DNA of 64,000 nucleotides, from NCBI RefSeq assembly GCF_009914755.1, contig NC_060941.1; one strand, given 5' to 3'. Each line of letters starts with the position of its first letter. The stretch's first letter is position 1. The DNA comes from the human T2T-CHM13v2.0 reference genome, Homo sapiens. Shown piece after piece: positions 49,641 through 61,484 of the stretch. The notes below the pieces were generated by a model, which did no database searches, was not told the DNA's origin, and saw only the letters and a program-made list of their open reading frames with translations. The position numbers and the translations under genes were made by a program.

Positions 49641-50399
49641 ATGAGACTCTGGGGCTTTTGGTGTTTGCTTTTTTTGTTTTGTTTTTTTTTTTTTTAACAA
49701 TGTGGGAGGTAGATCTGGGAATCTAGAAATCTGTGTTGTCCAATAAAATATAGCTCCTCTCAGAAGGGTTTTAACAACATAGAAAGTACGAATTTATCCA
49801 GAATGGTGACATGGAGAGCTCTTTAGGAGAAAGAAAATGAATTAGTTCACTTCTAGCAATGCTACTCATTCTTTAGAAATTGGGGTTACTTCCTTCTGGT
49901 GACAGAGTCCTCATATATGCTATGAGATCATTTTTTTTAATGCAGATAATAAACAATGATGCCAAGTACCATCCGTCTTTGTTTCCCAGGAATCCCATTT
50001 AACCACATTTCCTTTCTTTGTTCTCTGTTTTTTCTTTTGAGGTTTGAGGCAGAAAAATTCTCAAAAACAGCACAGAGAACATAATACATGCCTTTGTTCC
50101 GGGAATTTAGTAATGTCAGTCACACTCTGTTTAGGAAAAATTCAAGAGTTTACCTTTAAAAGTAGTTAAGGTTTTGAGGGATCTTACTTTATTATAACAG
50201 ATGGCAAAGCCTGTAAACAACTCAGTGTCACTTTCATATAAGCTTTTTATTTTTAACACAAATACAATGAAAAGAGCATTAGACCTGAGAAAAGATAGCA
50301 GTCCCAACTCAACCATTAAAAGTCACCTACCCTCTATGGGCTTTGGTTGGTTTGCCTGGGAATAAAGAGAACTTGGACTCCACATCCTTTCCAGATTTA

Positions 50400-50930
50400 A
50401 TGTTCCATCAAATGTTGGCCAGGGTGAGACAAACTTGCTCACACTAATCAAGGTGATGAACGTGTGTGCATTTGCATTTCCTGGTCTTTGATTTCCCAGA
50501 TGCTCTGCCTTGCTCCCTGCAATGCAGCCCATCGCTTTGATAGCCTGTCGGCTTGACAGCTCTTTCCATAAACTCTAAATTGGCAACGAAGTTTGGAGAA
50601 AAGAAACAGCCTTTACGTTTCAGAATCGACCCTCAGCATAAACGTCGTCTGGGGGCCACATGTCTTGGAGAGGAGTCATTTTCAACCAAGAGTGCTTCAA
50701 GTCACAAGTCATTCCAGCTTTGATTCATTTTGGGAAGCTGCCTTGCCTGCCTGACAAACAGGGGAACCACCATCAGAGAGATTATACAATGTGTAATGCC
50801 ATGGTAATCAGGCTTGTCAACTTATTTTATAACAAATCTGTGGCTTTGATTTGAAATTAAGGCAAAAGTCATGGCTACAAAGTGATGGGCAGTAAGATAG
50901 GAATGAGGCAGGATGGTGAAGAACAAAGGT
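50400..50930. promoter_or_regulatory. Candidate enhancer with a cluster of TCF/LEF motifs
   Basis: CTTTGAT at 50486, 50535, 50718, 50844; ATTTGCAT 50470; TGACAG 50554; CCATAAA 50566; no recognisable repeat; local CpG retention. Confidence 0.5.
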
Positions 50931-52794
50931 AGCAGGCTGGAAACACAGGTCTTCGCTCTAGTCCTACTCTTGCCCCTAACTGGCTGCATATCCTTGGGTA
51001 ATTCATTCTGTCAGACCCAGTCTCCTCATCTGCAAAGTGCTGGAGTTGAACCATCACCTCTCATGTCTCTTCCAGCTTGGAGATTCCACAAGCAGTTGCG
51101 GGGCCCTGTTAGTGTCTGTGCATACAGGACAAGAGAACAGTGCTATTTGGCCTAACTGGACTTGATATACCACATTCTTCCTCCCATAGAGAAATATCAG
51201 GCAAGGAGGAGTGGCTGCCCTCTCCCAGTAACAGGGGCTGGGGCGTGGGGAGGCTCTAATGAAGGATTTCACCTTTCCCTGAAGGTTTCCACTAGGGTCT
51301 TTGAGTTGGAGCCAAGACAGGTGGCGACTAGAGGGGAATGGTGATTAGTAAGACATGATGAGGTGGAACCTGCAGGGTGAGGTATTTACTTTGTCCTTCT
51401 CTACAGGAGGAGAATGAACAGATGGAGCCTTAGACCTTCACGAACATTTTATTAACTTAACCTTGAATGTGCAAACAGGCAAAAGCCTAAACCCTAAAGG
51501 CCAAAAATATTAATATTGATTCTCTTTTCTTTCTTAAAAAAAAAAAAGAGGTCAATCCCATAATATTTCCCCAGATTGAAACTATTCATAGTCTCTTAAA
51601 ACACACAACTGGAGCCAGAGAATAGGATTTAGAGAGGGGGCTTTTCCTTTTGGGCTTTTTAAAATGGAAATTAATGACTGGTATTTTGCTCAATGAAACA
51701 TTTCTCCTAAGAAGCTAATAATTATTTGAGCAGTATGATTTCAATTATTCTTAACAGTGTTACCAGTGCCCTGAAAAGCTTTCAGGTAGAAGGAGACGAT
51801 AGCTCTATCAGGAGTTATCATATGCCCTAAACCAAGGCATGGACTTCCTGTCCCTTTTTGAACACTACTGTTTTTTCCATTCAGTTGAGTATGAATTCTG
51901 TGACATGCATTCTGTTATACACTGAGAAGGTGATAAACAGGACAGATAAGTCTCAGCCCTCTCCTATCTTTTACATAAATTTGATTCCCTTCCTGTTTTT
52001 TTTTAAGTTCCTCCATAATGTGGCCCCATTCTATCAACCCAAACTATTTTCCACTATTCATCAGTGTATTTTAACCTACTCTGCTGTTTGTCCCCACACA
52101 TACATACATGCATACCTCACCAGTATGTTCACATAGACAAATATAATATTCAGTTCCGCGTTGCTTCATTTTTTCATGTTCCCCTATACTATTGATAACT
52201 CTACAATCTCCTACTCATTTCTCTAAATCCCACCCAGATTTGAAGTCTCAACAAAAATACCCCATCTCGGGAAATTTCTTTGCTAACTTTGCTCTATATC
52301 CTTTTGCTCACACATCTAATCAATCCTTTTTTCTAGCACCTTTTTTCCTCCTTATTTGCTGTATGCCAATTTGCTTATCACATATAAGTTCTATAGTCCT
52401 TAGAAAAATAAATAATATTTTACATCTTCAGTAGCCCCACAGTCTTTGTTCAGTGTTAGTCTCAAAATAAGTTTTCAAGTCCTTGCTTGGTTGGTTAAAC
52501 ATGTTGTCACTAATCAAGATAAGCTACTATAATAATGGTAGAAACTCAACCAGATGGCAGATGTTTAGAGCAATATGCTTTAATCTAATTAACATGCTTT
52601 AATATACTACATTTATCTGAACCTTAAGCAGACCTTTCCCTTAACTCTATAATTATTAAAATCACAAAACATTCCAGGACATCATACTTTAATGTGGCAC
52701 ATATATAAAATATCTAAGTACAATTTACTACCTTTCTAACTTCAATTATTATACTTAATTAAAATTAAAGTTTTAAAAAAATCTGTTTCTTCTT

Positions 52795-54350
52795 TAGTGC
52801 TCTGTAATGTCAACTTCATCATGAATCAATTGACCATATACATGTGTTTATTTCTGGACTTTCCTTTTACCCTACTGGTCTGTTTGTCCTTATGTCTATA
52901 CCACCTAGCCTTAATTACAATAAATCTTGATATCTAGTAGAACATAATTTATACATTGTTTCCCTTTAAGGATGTCTTGATTATTTTCAGTCTTATGCAT
53001 TTCCTAATGAATTTAGGGATAAGGCTGCCAATTTCCTCCAAGATACCTGCTGGTGTTTTGGTTGGGATTGCACTAAATCTAGAAATGAATTTGAGATATT
53101 TGACATCTTTACTATATGGAATCTTATCTCACATGAACAAGAGATATCCTGTCATTAAAAATATGATAGCCAAATGGGAAAAAGTAAAACATGATCCCCT
53201 ACCTCACACCACACACAAAAATCAATTCCAGGTAGACTGAAGTCCTGAAGTTCCAAGTGTGAAAACTAAAACAATGGAAGGTCTAGAAAATAACATTAAG
53301 AAGATTTTTATCATCATGGGAGTAGGAAAGGACTTAAACAGGACAAAAAAGCTAACTATAAAAGAAATAATAACTTGGGTTGCACTGAAATTACAAATAC
53401 AGTATAGGTACTAGAGGAGAGTGAAAATGCAGGCTATTGAGTGGGAGACATTTGCAAAACATACATATATATATAAAACAAAGGGATTATACCCAAAATA
53501 TACAAAGAGCTCTTACAAATCAATGAAAAGGACAGAAAACTTAAAGGAAAATTGGGCCATAAACTTGAAGAGGAATTTAGCAAAGGAAATTCAAATGGCC
53601 AATAAACACAAATAAAGATGCTCAATGCTGTATTTTTCATCAGGGAAATGAAAATTAGAACTACAGTTAGATACCACCATGCACCCACTATAAAGACTAT
53701 TATTATCAAGTTCTAGCAATAACATAAAGCAACAAAAACTTCCCTACACCAGGAAATGGAAGTTGGAGTGACCGCTTTAGAAGATCCTTGAGCATTAATT
53801 GAATATATGTATAATCCATGAATATATGGGTTGAATATACGGATTGAATATATGTATAATCCATAACTCACTAATCCTACTCCTTATACAGCCAACAGAT
53901 ATTCATCAAAGACCTGTGCAGCAAAACACATGAACAAGAATAGCAGCATTATTTGTAATGGTCAAAAAAATTAAAATAGCCCTAATCCATTAAATTCCAT
54001 CAATGATAATCTAGATTTTAAAACCTGTAGTTTGTTTTTTTTTGCAACATTGAAAATAAGTAACAATTTCTACATGGATGAATCTCATAAACAATGTTGA
54101 GCAAAAAAATCCAGTTGAAAAATAATTTATACTGGATAATCACACTGATAAAAGTTCAAAACAGGCCAAATTAGTCTATACAAAATAGGAGGGAGTAGAT
54201 AGTAACTGGAAGGAATATGAGGAGTCTTCTGTAATGTTGATAATGACTAGGTGGTGATCAATCAGGTGTGCTTACTTTGTGATAATTCATCAAGCTGCGC
54301 ACTTGTAACTTGTATACTTTTCTGTATGTATATTATATTTAAATTAAAAT
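52795..54350. mobile_element. Old L1ME-like element with inverted 5' segment (minus ~52795-53140, plus ~53160-54350)
   Basis: Antisense ORF2-like ttttggttgggattgcactaaatcta; sense cccctacctcacaccacacacaaaaatcaattcc...caaatggccaataaaca...3' UTR. Confidence 0.7.
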
Positions 54351-54449
54351 GCTTTTTAATTAGATAAAATTTACTACCATTGTTTCAAAACGTGAGTGTA
54401 AAATATGGATTCAACATTAATTACTAAAGGAATTAAAATTATATCACTC

Positions 54450-54948
54450 TGGCATATTGATTATTTAAGTTAAAGATATTTGAAAAACACCAAGTGCAAG
54501 AAGATCACTCTGACATTCACACTGCTTTTTAAAAGTAGAAGATGAAATTCTCAGGTGAAAGATAGTCTCCCTATTAAAAAAAAAAAAAAGCAACATTCTT
54601 ATGATGAAGGTTAGAAAAGTTAAGCCAAAGGAATTCTATATAAACTAACCTTGTTAAACTAACCCTTATCTTCCTAGTCACTTTTCTGCCCAATTAAATA
54701 TCCTCATCCAAGTCCTTTGCCTTATCACATCTTCACAACTTACTATTCTTTGTTCAATTAAGTATATAAGTAACGAACTGAACTATTTCTTCAGATTTTC
54801 ATTTCCTTATGAGCGCTTTCTTGCCACATAAAACTCATATTAAATAAACATATATGCTTTTGTCTTGTTAATCTGTTTTATGTCAATTTAATTCTCTGGC
54901 CCAGCTAGGACTCTAAGATGATGGAGGTAGAGTTTTGCCATGCCTACA
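54450..54948 (+). mobile_element. ERV1-type LTR (MER34-like)
   Basis: tcttcagattttcatttccttatg...attaaataaa...tgcttttgtcttgttaatctg...ggaggtagagttttgccatgcctaca end. Confidence 0.55.
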
Positions 54949-56129
54949 GAAAAATAGTTTCTGAAAAATCTGAAGTGATATGTAAATATGCTTAACACTT
55001 AGGGAGAGATGGCACCTTTTCTGCTTGATGCCATCAGTTTTCAATTTTTACTTGGTTAACCTGTTCTTTCCTTGCCATTCGTTGGCTGTTCTGGATCCTT
55101 GATAACCGGGTGGTGGGATTAGGACACCACTTGGCTGTTCTGACTCAACTGCTTTGACTTCTGATATCTTGCCAGGGCTAGAAAGGTCTCACAGCCACTG
55201 CCACAGGGGTGTCATTACTGCCCATTTTCAGCAAAAGGAAATTGCTTTGACAGTCTATTTTCTCTGTAAACCTGCAAAATGGTTTGTCACCTTCCTGGCT
55301 AGAAACAGAAAAGGTTTTAGAAAATGCTATGCTATTATTCACTCATTTAACTGCTATGATTTTTAACTTTTCTGCCTTCCTAATAGCGCCATGATGAAAA
55401 AGCCCAAGGTTTAGACTTTCTCATCAATGACATCTGAGGAGCCTTCTTCATTACATGTTCATTAGTTGTTCTTTTTTTTCCTCTCTGCCCAGGTACAACA
55501 GATGCAACAGGAAGAGAGAACAGACAATTCTCAGATACTCTTTTAGATCTGCTAAAGCTTCAATGCAGTAGACCAGAGTAGAAAGCTGTAGATGAGGTGA
55601 TAGTAAATTCATTTGAGTCAACTCTCCTGACTTCTCTTTCATAATATAAACACATAATTTTCCCTTGTATCCTTACAAAAGAGAGACTTCAATATCCATA
55701 AACATGTATTTCTATTTTGAGGTTACAGACATAAAATTTAAAAATTCAACAGTTCTCAACCATTTCCTTTAGCAATCGCCCATGCATAGACTATGATGGA
55801 AATTAACTAGCAATGCATGAAATTTCTAAAGGAGCTCCTTATGATATCTCTCTAAAAAAATTTTAAAAGGAGCTATAAAGTTGTTAAACAGATTTATGGT
55901 AGTTTTAATGTATCTACTAAAATGTTGGATTCATGTCGGCTTTTGTATTAAGGAAAAATGATTTCCTAATAACCCCTTATAAAAGTAATTGCTGATTCTA
56001 AAGCCGTTATCTTTAAAAATGCTAATATAGTTTTCTTAGTAAAGCTTCTAAGCAATACTCAGTATGCCTTTCTCATTTTACATATATTCCTGACACTGAT
56101 AAATATCAACATATTTTATTTTTGTTTTG

Positions 56130-56430
56130 CAATTTCTTTTTATAAAGACAATTTTTAACGAGCAGTTTCAGGTTCATAGCAACATTGAGTGGAAGGTACG
56201 GAGATAGCCCATATGCTCACTTCCTCAACACATACGCAGCTCCTCCAGTAACGACATACCCCATCAGAGTGGTACATTCTATACAATTGATGGACTTAAC
56301 ATTGATACGTCATTGTCACCCAGAGTCCATAATTTACATTAAGGTTGCCTCTTGGTATTGTATATTCTGTGGGTTTGGACAAATAAATAATGGCATCAAC
56401 CAATCATTGTACAAAGTAGTTTCTTTTTCT
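56130..56430 (-). mobile_element. L1MC-like 3' end
   Basis: gagcagtttcaggttcatagcaacattgagtggaaggtac...cattgtcacccagagtccataatttacatt. Confidence 0.7.
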
Positions 56431-57556
56431 TTTACATAATTTGTAATATTTATTAATAAATAAGGAGTTATATATAATCAATTCACCGATGGCACTTTTA
56501 TCACAGACTAAATTCTTATTAAGTTGTTCTGCCTTGGGCCTTTCTGTTTTGTTGCATTAATGGGTCTAACGATCCATAAAACAGTACCACACTTTGAATT
56601 CTTAAAATTTAAAATATATCTTTAAATCTGCCCAAGAAAATGCTTCTTCCTTTCTGTGCTCCACACCTGCTCTACTGCTGGAGTCATTGCTGCCACCGTT
56701 ACCTGATTCTCCTCTCTTTGAGAAAGAAGTAAGATTCACAACCAAATCCCTTTGGTTGGGGAGTGCCATATGACTTGTTCTGGCCATACCTCATGAACTC
56801 AGTGACGTGCTATTTCCAGGCCACAGTACTTAATGATCAGTTTGAGACCCTCTAAAGATCTCTTTTATCTGCTGCAGTACCTGCCAACCTCTGAGCTGGA
56901 GGCTGCTACTTCAGCTCGAATTCATAGTAAGGAAACAAAAAGACATCAACCTGCAATGAACACAGCATCAGAAATAAAGCTTTGTTATTTTAAGTCATTG
57001 AGCTGGGCAGAGAAGGAAAGCGTTGTTACTGCGTCCTAACTGAGTTGATTCCGACTAATACACAGCAAAATAATTGATGTTTTCAAAAACTGCCCCAAAT
57101 CTCATTAGGATTTTGATTAGAATTGTATTAATCCTGAAGATTCATTTTGGAGGAGCTAGCATTTTCACAATATTGAATCTTCCCGTGTCCAAGAATGTGA
57201 TATGACTCCTCACTCATGTCTCTTATTCTGAATAAGGTTGTATATATTTCATAAAGTTTACACTAAGAGCTAGGCATGTATTGCTATTTCTTATTTATGT
57301 TTGTTCCCATACTATAAGGATTTTTAATTATTCTGCAACTGGACATGCTGGTGAATTTTCTTAATAGTTCTAATAGCTTTGGATTGAGCTTGTTGTTCCC
57401 TAAGTCAAAAGTAAATGGTGCTGAATAATGGTAATTTTATGTATTTCTTTCTGCTAATGAATGCCTCATTTCTATTTCATATCTTACTGTTTTAGATGGA
57501 AATTCCAGAATAAGGTTGATAATATCTTTGAATAAGGATATTTTTCTCTCCTTTAT

Positions 57557-57735
57557 CAGAGGTCAGAAAGCTTTTTCTGTAAAAAGTCAGATTGTAAATA
57601 TTTTTAGCTTTGAGAACCAGACCATCTGTCACAGCTACTCAATACTGCCATGGTAGCATAAAAGCAGCCACAACCAACAAATAAAAAAATGAACGTAGCT
57701 GGATTTGACTGATAAACCATGGTTTACTGAACCTT
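57557..57735 (+). mobile_element. MER58A-like fragment within antisense old L1 (~57070-57990)
   Basis: cagaggtcagaaagctttttctgtaaaaagtcagattgtaaatatttttagctttg. Confidence 0.65.
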
Positions 57736-58002
57736 TTTCTACTTTAATGGCAAGGCTTTTAATGTTTTGCCATTACTATGATTTTAGTTACTAATTTATT
57801 ATTTTAAGAAATTATTCCTCCAATTCTACATTGCAAAATTTTTCTCTCTTTTTTGATAATTCATTTTTGACTTCAATCAAGATCATTGTTTTAAAAATCT
57901 GTTACATAGTAATTAAATTAATAGATGCTAAATTTCTCTAGAATGTTCTACAAATTTTCTAGTATTAAACCACTCTTACATCCCTATATGAGTTTTACTT
58001 AG

Positions 58003-58311
58003 TTTTATTTTTGTTTTTGTTTTGTTTGAGATGGAGTCTCACTCTGCAGCCCAGGCTGGAGTGCAGTGGCACAACCTTGGCTCACTGCAACCTCCGCCTC
58101 CCAGGTTCAAGCGATTCTCTTGCTTCAGCCTCCTGAGTAGCTGGGATTGCAGGCACCTGCCACGACACTCAGCTAATTTTTTTGTATTTTTAGTAGGGAT
58201 GGGGTTTCACCATGTTGGCCAGGCTGGTCACGAACTCCTGACCTCAGGTGATCCACCCGCCTTGGCCTCCCAGAGTGCTGGGATTACAGGTGTGAACCAC
58301 TGCACCCAGCC
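58003..58311 (-). mobile_element. Alu (AluSx-like)
   Basis: Antisense full Alu. Confidence 0.97.
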
Positions 58312-58797
58312 AGCCATTTTTATTTATTCCTGGATTTTATTAAACAAACCTTAATTGGATGCTCATGATGTATCAGGCACACTTGTAGAAGTAATGGATG
58401 CAGCAGTCAACAAAATAGAAAAAAGTTCCTGCTCTCATGGAGCTGACATTCTAGTGGGAGGACAAAGATAATAATAAATTCACTTAAATATGTCAGGTGA
58501 AGGATAAGAAAGCAAAGACAAAGAGTGTCAGGGTAGGGTGCCATTTTAGAAATGAGGTTCAGGAAGGCCTTTCTGATCAGGTGACATTTGAGCAGAAACT
58601 TGAAGGAAGTGAGGGCACAGTCTAATAAATTAAATAAGCAACTGGAAGTAGTACACTAAATTGCCAGGATAGAGAATAAGCAGGATGCTAGAGGGGCACA
58701 TGGCAGGATCGCCTAATGTGGTCACAGACGTGGGGTGAGGAGGGCTTCTGGGAGGAAGCAACGTTTATTCTGAGACCTTGAAGAAAAGTTACACCTG

Positions 58798-59235
58798 TGT
58801 GATGGTTAATTTTATGTGTCAACTTGACCAGGCCATGGGGTGCCCAGACATTTGGTCAAACATTATTCTGGGTGTATCTGTGAAGGTGTTTCTGGATGAG
58901 ATGAATATTTGCATTCATAGGTTGAGTAAAGCAGGTTGCCCTTTCTTACATGGGTGTGCCTCATCCAATCCACTGACGATCTGAATAGAACAAAAAGACT
59001 GAGTAAGAGGGAATTCTTCTTGCCTGACTGCTTGAGCTGGGGTATCAGTCTTTTCCTGTCTTTGAATTTGAACTGAAACTTTGGTTCTCCTGGTTCTCAG
59101 GCCTTTGAACTGGTCCTACAACTACAACATCAGCTTTCCTGGGCCTCTACCTTGCCAACTACAGATTTTGGGACTTCTCAGCATCTATGATCGTATGACC
59201 TGATTTCTTATAAATCTCTTTATATGTATACACAT

Positions 59236-59267
<32 letters not shown>

Positions 59268-59308
59268 CCCTATTGGTTCTATTGCTCTAAAGAACCCTGA
59301 CTAATTCA
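58798..59308 (+). mobile_element. MLT2D-like ERVL LTR with internal (CA)n
   Basis: tgtgatggttaattttatgtgtcaacttgac...cctattggttct...gaaccctgactaattca. Confidence 0.87.
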
Positions 59309-59822
59309 ATGAGCAGGAGAAAAAATAATATTCTATAATAGCATAATTTATAGTCCCCAAATTAGAGGAAAAGAACAGTTTCAAGCAAATGAAAGTTCAA
59401 TATAGAGGAAGAGAAGAAATGAGGTAAAGAGTGGGGCTGAACAGATGGGAAGAAATCGGGTTGTTCACGATCCTGAAAACCTTCCTGAGCATGCGCTGTG
59501 CCCTGTGAGCAGTGGGAAGCCATTGTGTGTTTTAAGTAGCAAAGTTAAGTAACCAGTGGGGCCACCAGGTATCACAGCCCCAGTGGTCACCACCCCATTA
59601 TATCCACCCATAGAATACATGGGCTAGTGCCCATGGAGTTCAGTCGTATAGAGACATTGAACTGTGTTTTATCATATACTGGGCCACAAGGAAAATTTAG
59701 ATGGACTTTATAAATAAGAAATTGTTCATGCTACATTCTCTGGATTAAAGCAAAAAGAAATTATAATATAATAAAAGGTTAGTCAAAATATATATATAAA
59801 GCCACTGTAGAGTAGGAAAGAT

Positions 59823-60352
59823 ACTGTTCTACCCATCATGATCAAGGACCCTATAACAAAAGACAGATTAACAGAGAGAAGCATAAAAAAGATATTTAAT
59901 ATAGATTTAACATGACATAGAAGTCTTCACAAGAAAATGAAGATCCAAAGAAACAGGTACACTTGAGTAGCTTTGTGCTGGTTTTGATGAAGACTTGAGA
60001 GTGGAGGGGAAACGTAATAAAGCAGAAAGGGTGTGATCTAATGGTAATAAACTGAGGGAACTTAGCAGGGCCTATTTGTTCAGATTCTTCTCTGTGACCC
60101 TGTGTCCTCAGGGATAAGGATGCTCATCCATTCAGAGGTATAGGGAGGGCACCTCTCACATGAGGGTTTTGTGACCTGGTTCAGGGGAAGGTCAGAAAAT
60201 CCTTCCCGGTTGTATGACCTGCTTCCGGGGAGAATGATGTGGGAAGGTCAGTGAGACCTTCCTGATTCTGCCGTTATTATAAATTCCTTCAGCTTGATAT
60301 ATTCAATAGGCCAAAATGCCCTATTTTGGGGTAGTGTGTCCTGAACACATAT
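59823..60352 (-). mobile_element. ERV1-type LTR (MER31/MER67-like)
   Basis: tgatctaatggtaataaactgagggaacttagc...tattttggggtagtgtgtcctga. Confidence 0.6.
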
Positions 60353-60609
60353 AGGAAAATTTTTAAATTCTTCTGTAAAATAAGTCTTGGGCCAATAAGT
60401 ACATGAAACCTGCAGCTATCAACTTTATGGACATTAAAAACAAATTAAAAACTTGGAGAGAAAATGATCACAGCAATTCAAAGACCAAAAAAATCATAGG
60501 CTTGAGGCTTAAATGAGAAAGACTGGCTTAAATGAGAAAAGTCAAGGAGAAAAATGACCCAAAGGATAAAGGGCCTCTGTGTTTGTTGTGCTCTCCACCC
60601 ATCTTTATG

Positions 60610-60970
60610 CCTGTTGCCCTCACTTTCTTCAAGTCCCTGCCCAAATTCCACCTGATCAGAGAGGCTTTCCCTTTAGCCCCTTTCTAAGATAGCATCCTTT
60701 CCCTCTGCTATCCGTCACTCTCTACCTCTGCTTTATTATCCTTCCCCTGGCACATTCTGTGTGTCTTTGCTATCATCTGAGTCCTCCCCCTGGAATAAAG
60801 CTGTGAGCGCAGGGACCTCTGTCTATTTTGTCCCCTGCGGCATCCCCTACTTCTAGAACAGTGCCTGGTACTGGGGCTCCATGTGGCAGGTCTGTGACTG
60901 GCCTGTTCAAACTTCATCCCCTACCCAGGCCAGGCATTTGCCAGATGCTTAATAAATACTTTTTGAGTTA
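60610..60970 (+). mobile_element. L2 3' fragment
   Basis: tcagagaggctttccct...ctggaataaagctgtgagcgcagggacc...ctagaacagtgcctgg. Confidence 0.7.
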
Positions 60971-61033
60971 ATGCTACAATGCATCACTGGACATCTTTTA
61001 AAAGTAATATTCTTTTGGAGGTATCAAATCTAT

Positions 61034-61484
61034 CTAAAAATATATAGGGATCGTTCCAAGATGGCCGAATAGGAAGAGCTTCATTCTGCAGCTCCCAGCA
61101 TGATCGATGCAGAAGACAGGTGATTTCTGCATTTCCAACTGAGATGCCTGGTTCATCTCACTGGGACTGGTTGGACAGTGGGTAGCCCATGGAGGGTGAG
61201 CTGAAGCAGGGTGGGGTGTTGCCTCGCCCAGGAAGTGCAAGGGGTTGGGGGGTTTCCCTTTCCTAGCCAAGGGAAGCCATGACAGACTGTACCTGGAAAA
61301 TCGGGACACTCCCACCCTAATACTGCATTTTTCCAGTGGTCGTAGCAAATGGCTCACCTGGAGATTATATCCCATGCCTGGCTCAGTGGGTCCCATGCCC
61401 ACAGATCCTTGCTCACTGCTAGCACAGCAGTCTGAGATCAAACTGCAATGTGGCAGCCTGGGCTGGAGGAGGGGCATCCACCAT
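61034..61484 (-). pseudogene. L1 ORF0 homolog (antisense); canonical ATG frameshifted, alternative in-frame ATG at 61477
   Basis: LPHCSLISDCCAS...SVGMGPTEPGMGYNL...IRVGVSRFSR matches recalled ORF0; MVDAPPPA start at 61484 is in another frame. Confidence 0.8.

Noticed and set aside
51322-51340. CTCF-like tggcgactagaggggaat
   Set aside because: Lacks the conserved C of the GGC core; weak match.
60506-60539. 15-bp direct repeat ggcttaaatgagaaa
   Set aside because: Simple slippage duplication with no further structure.
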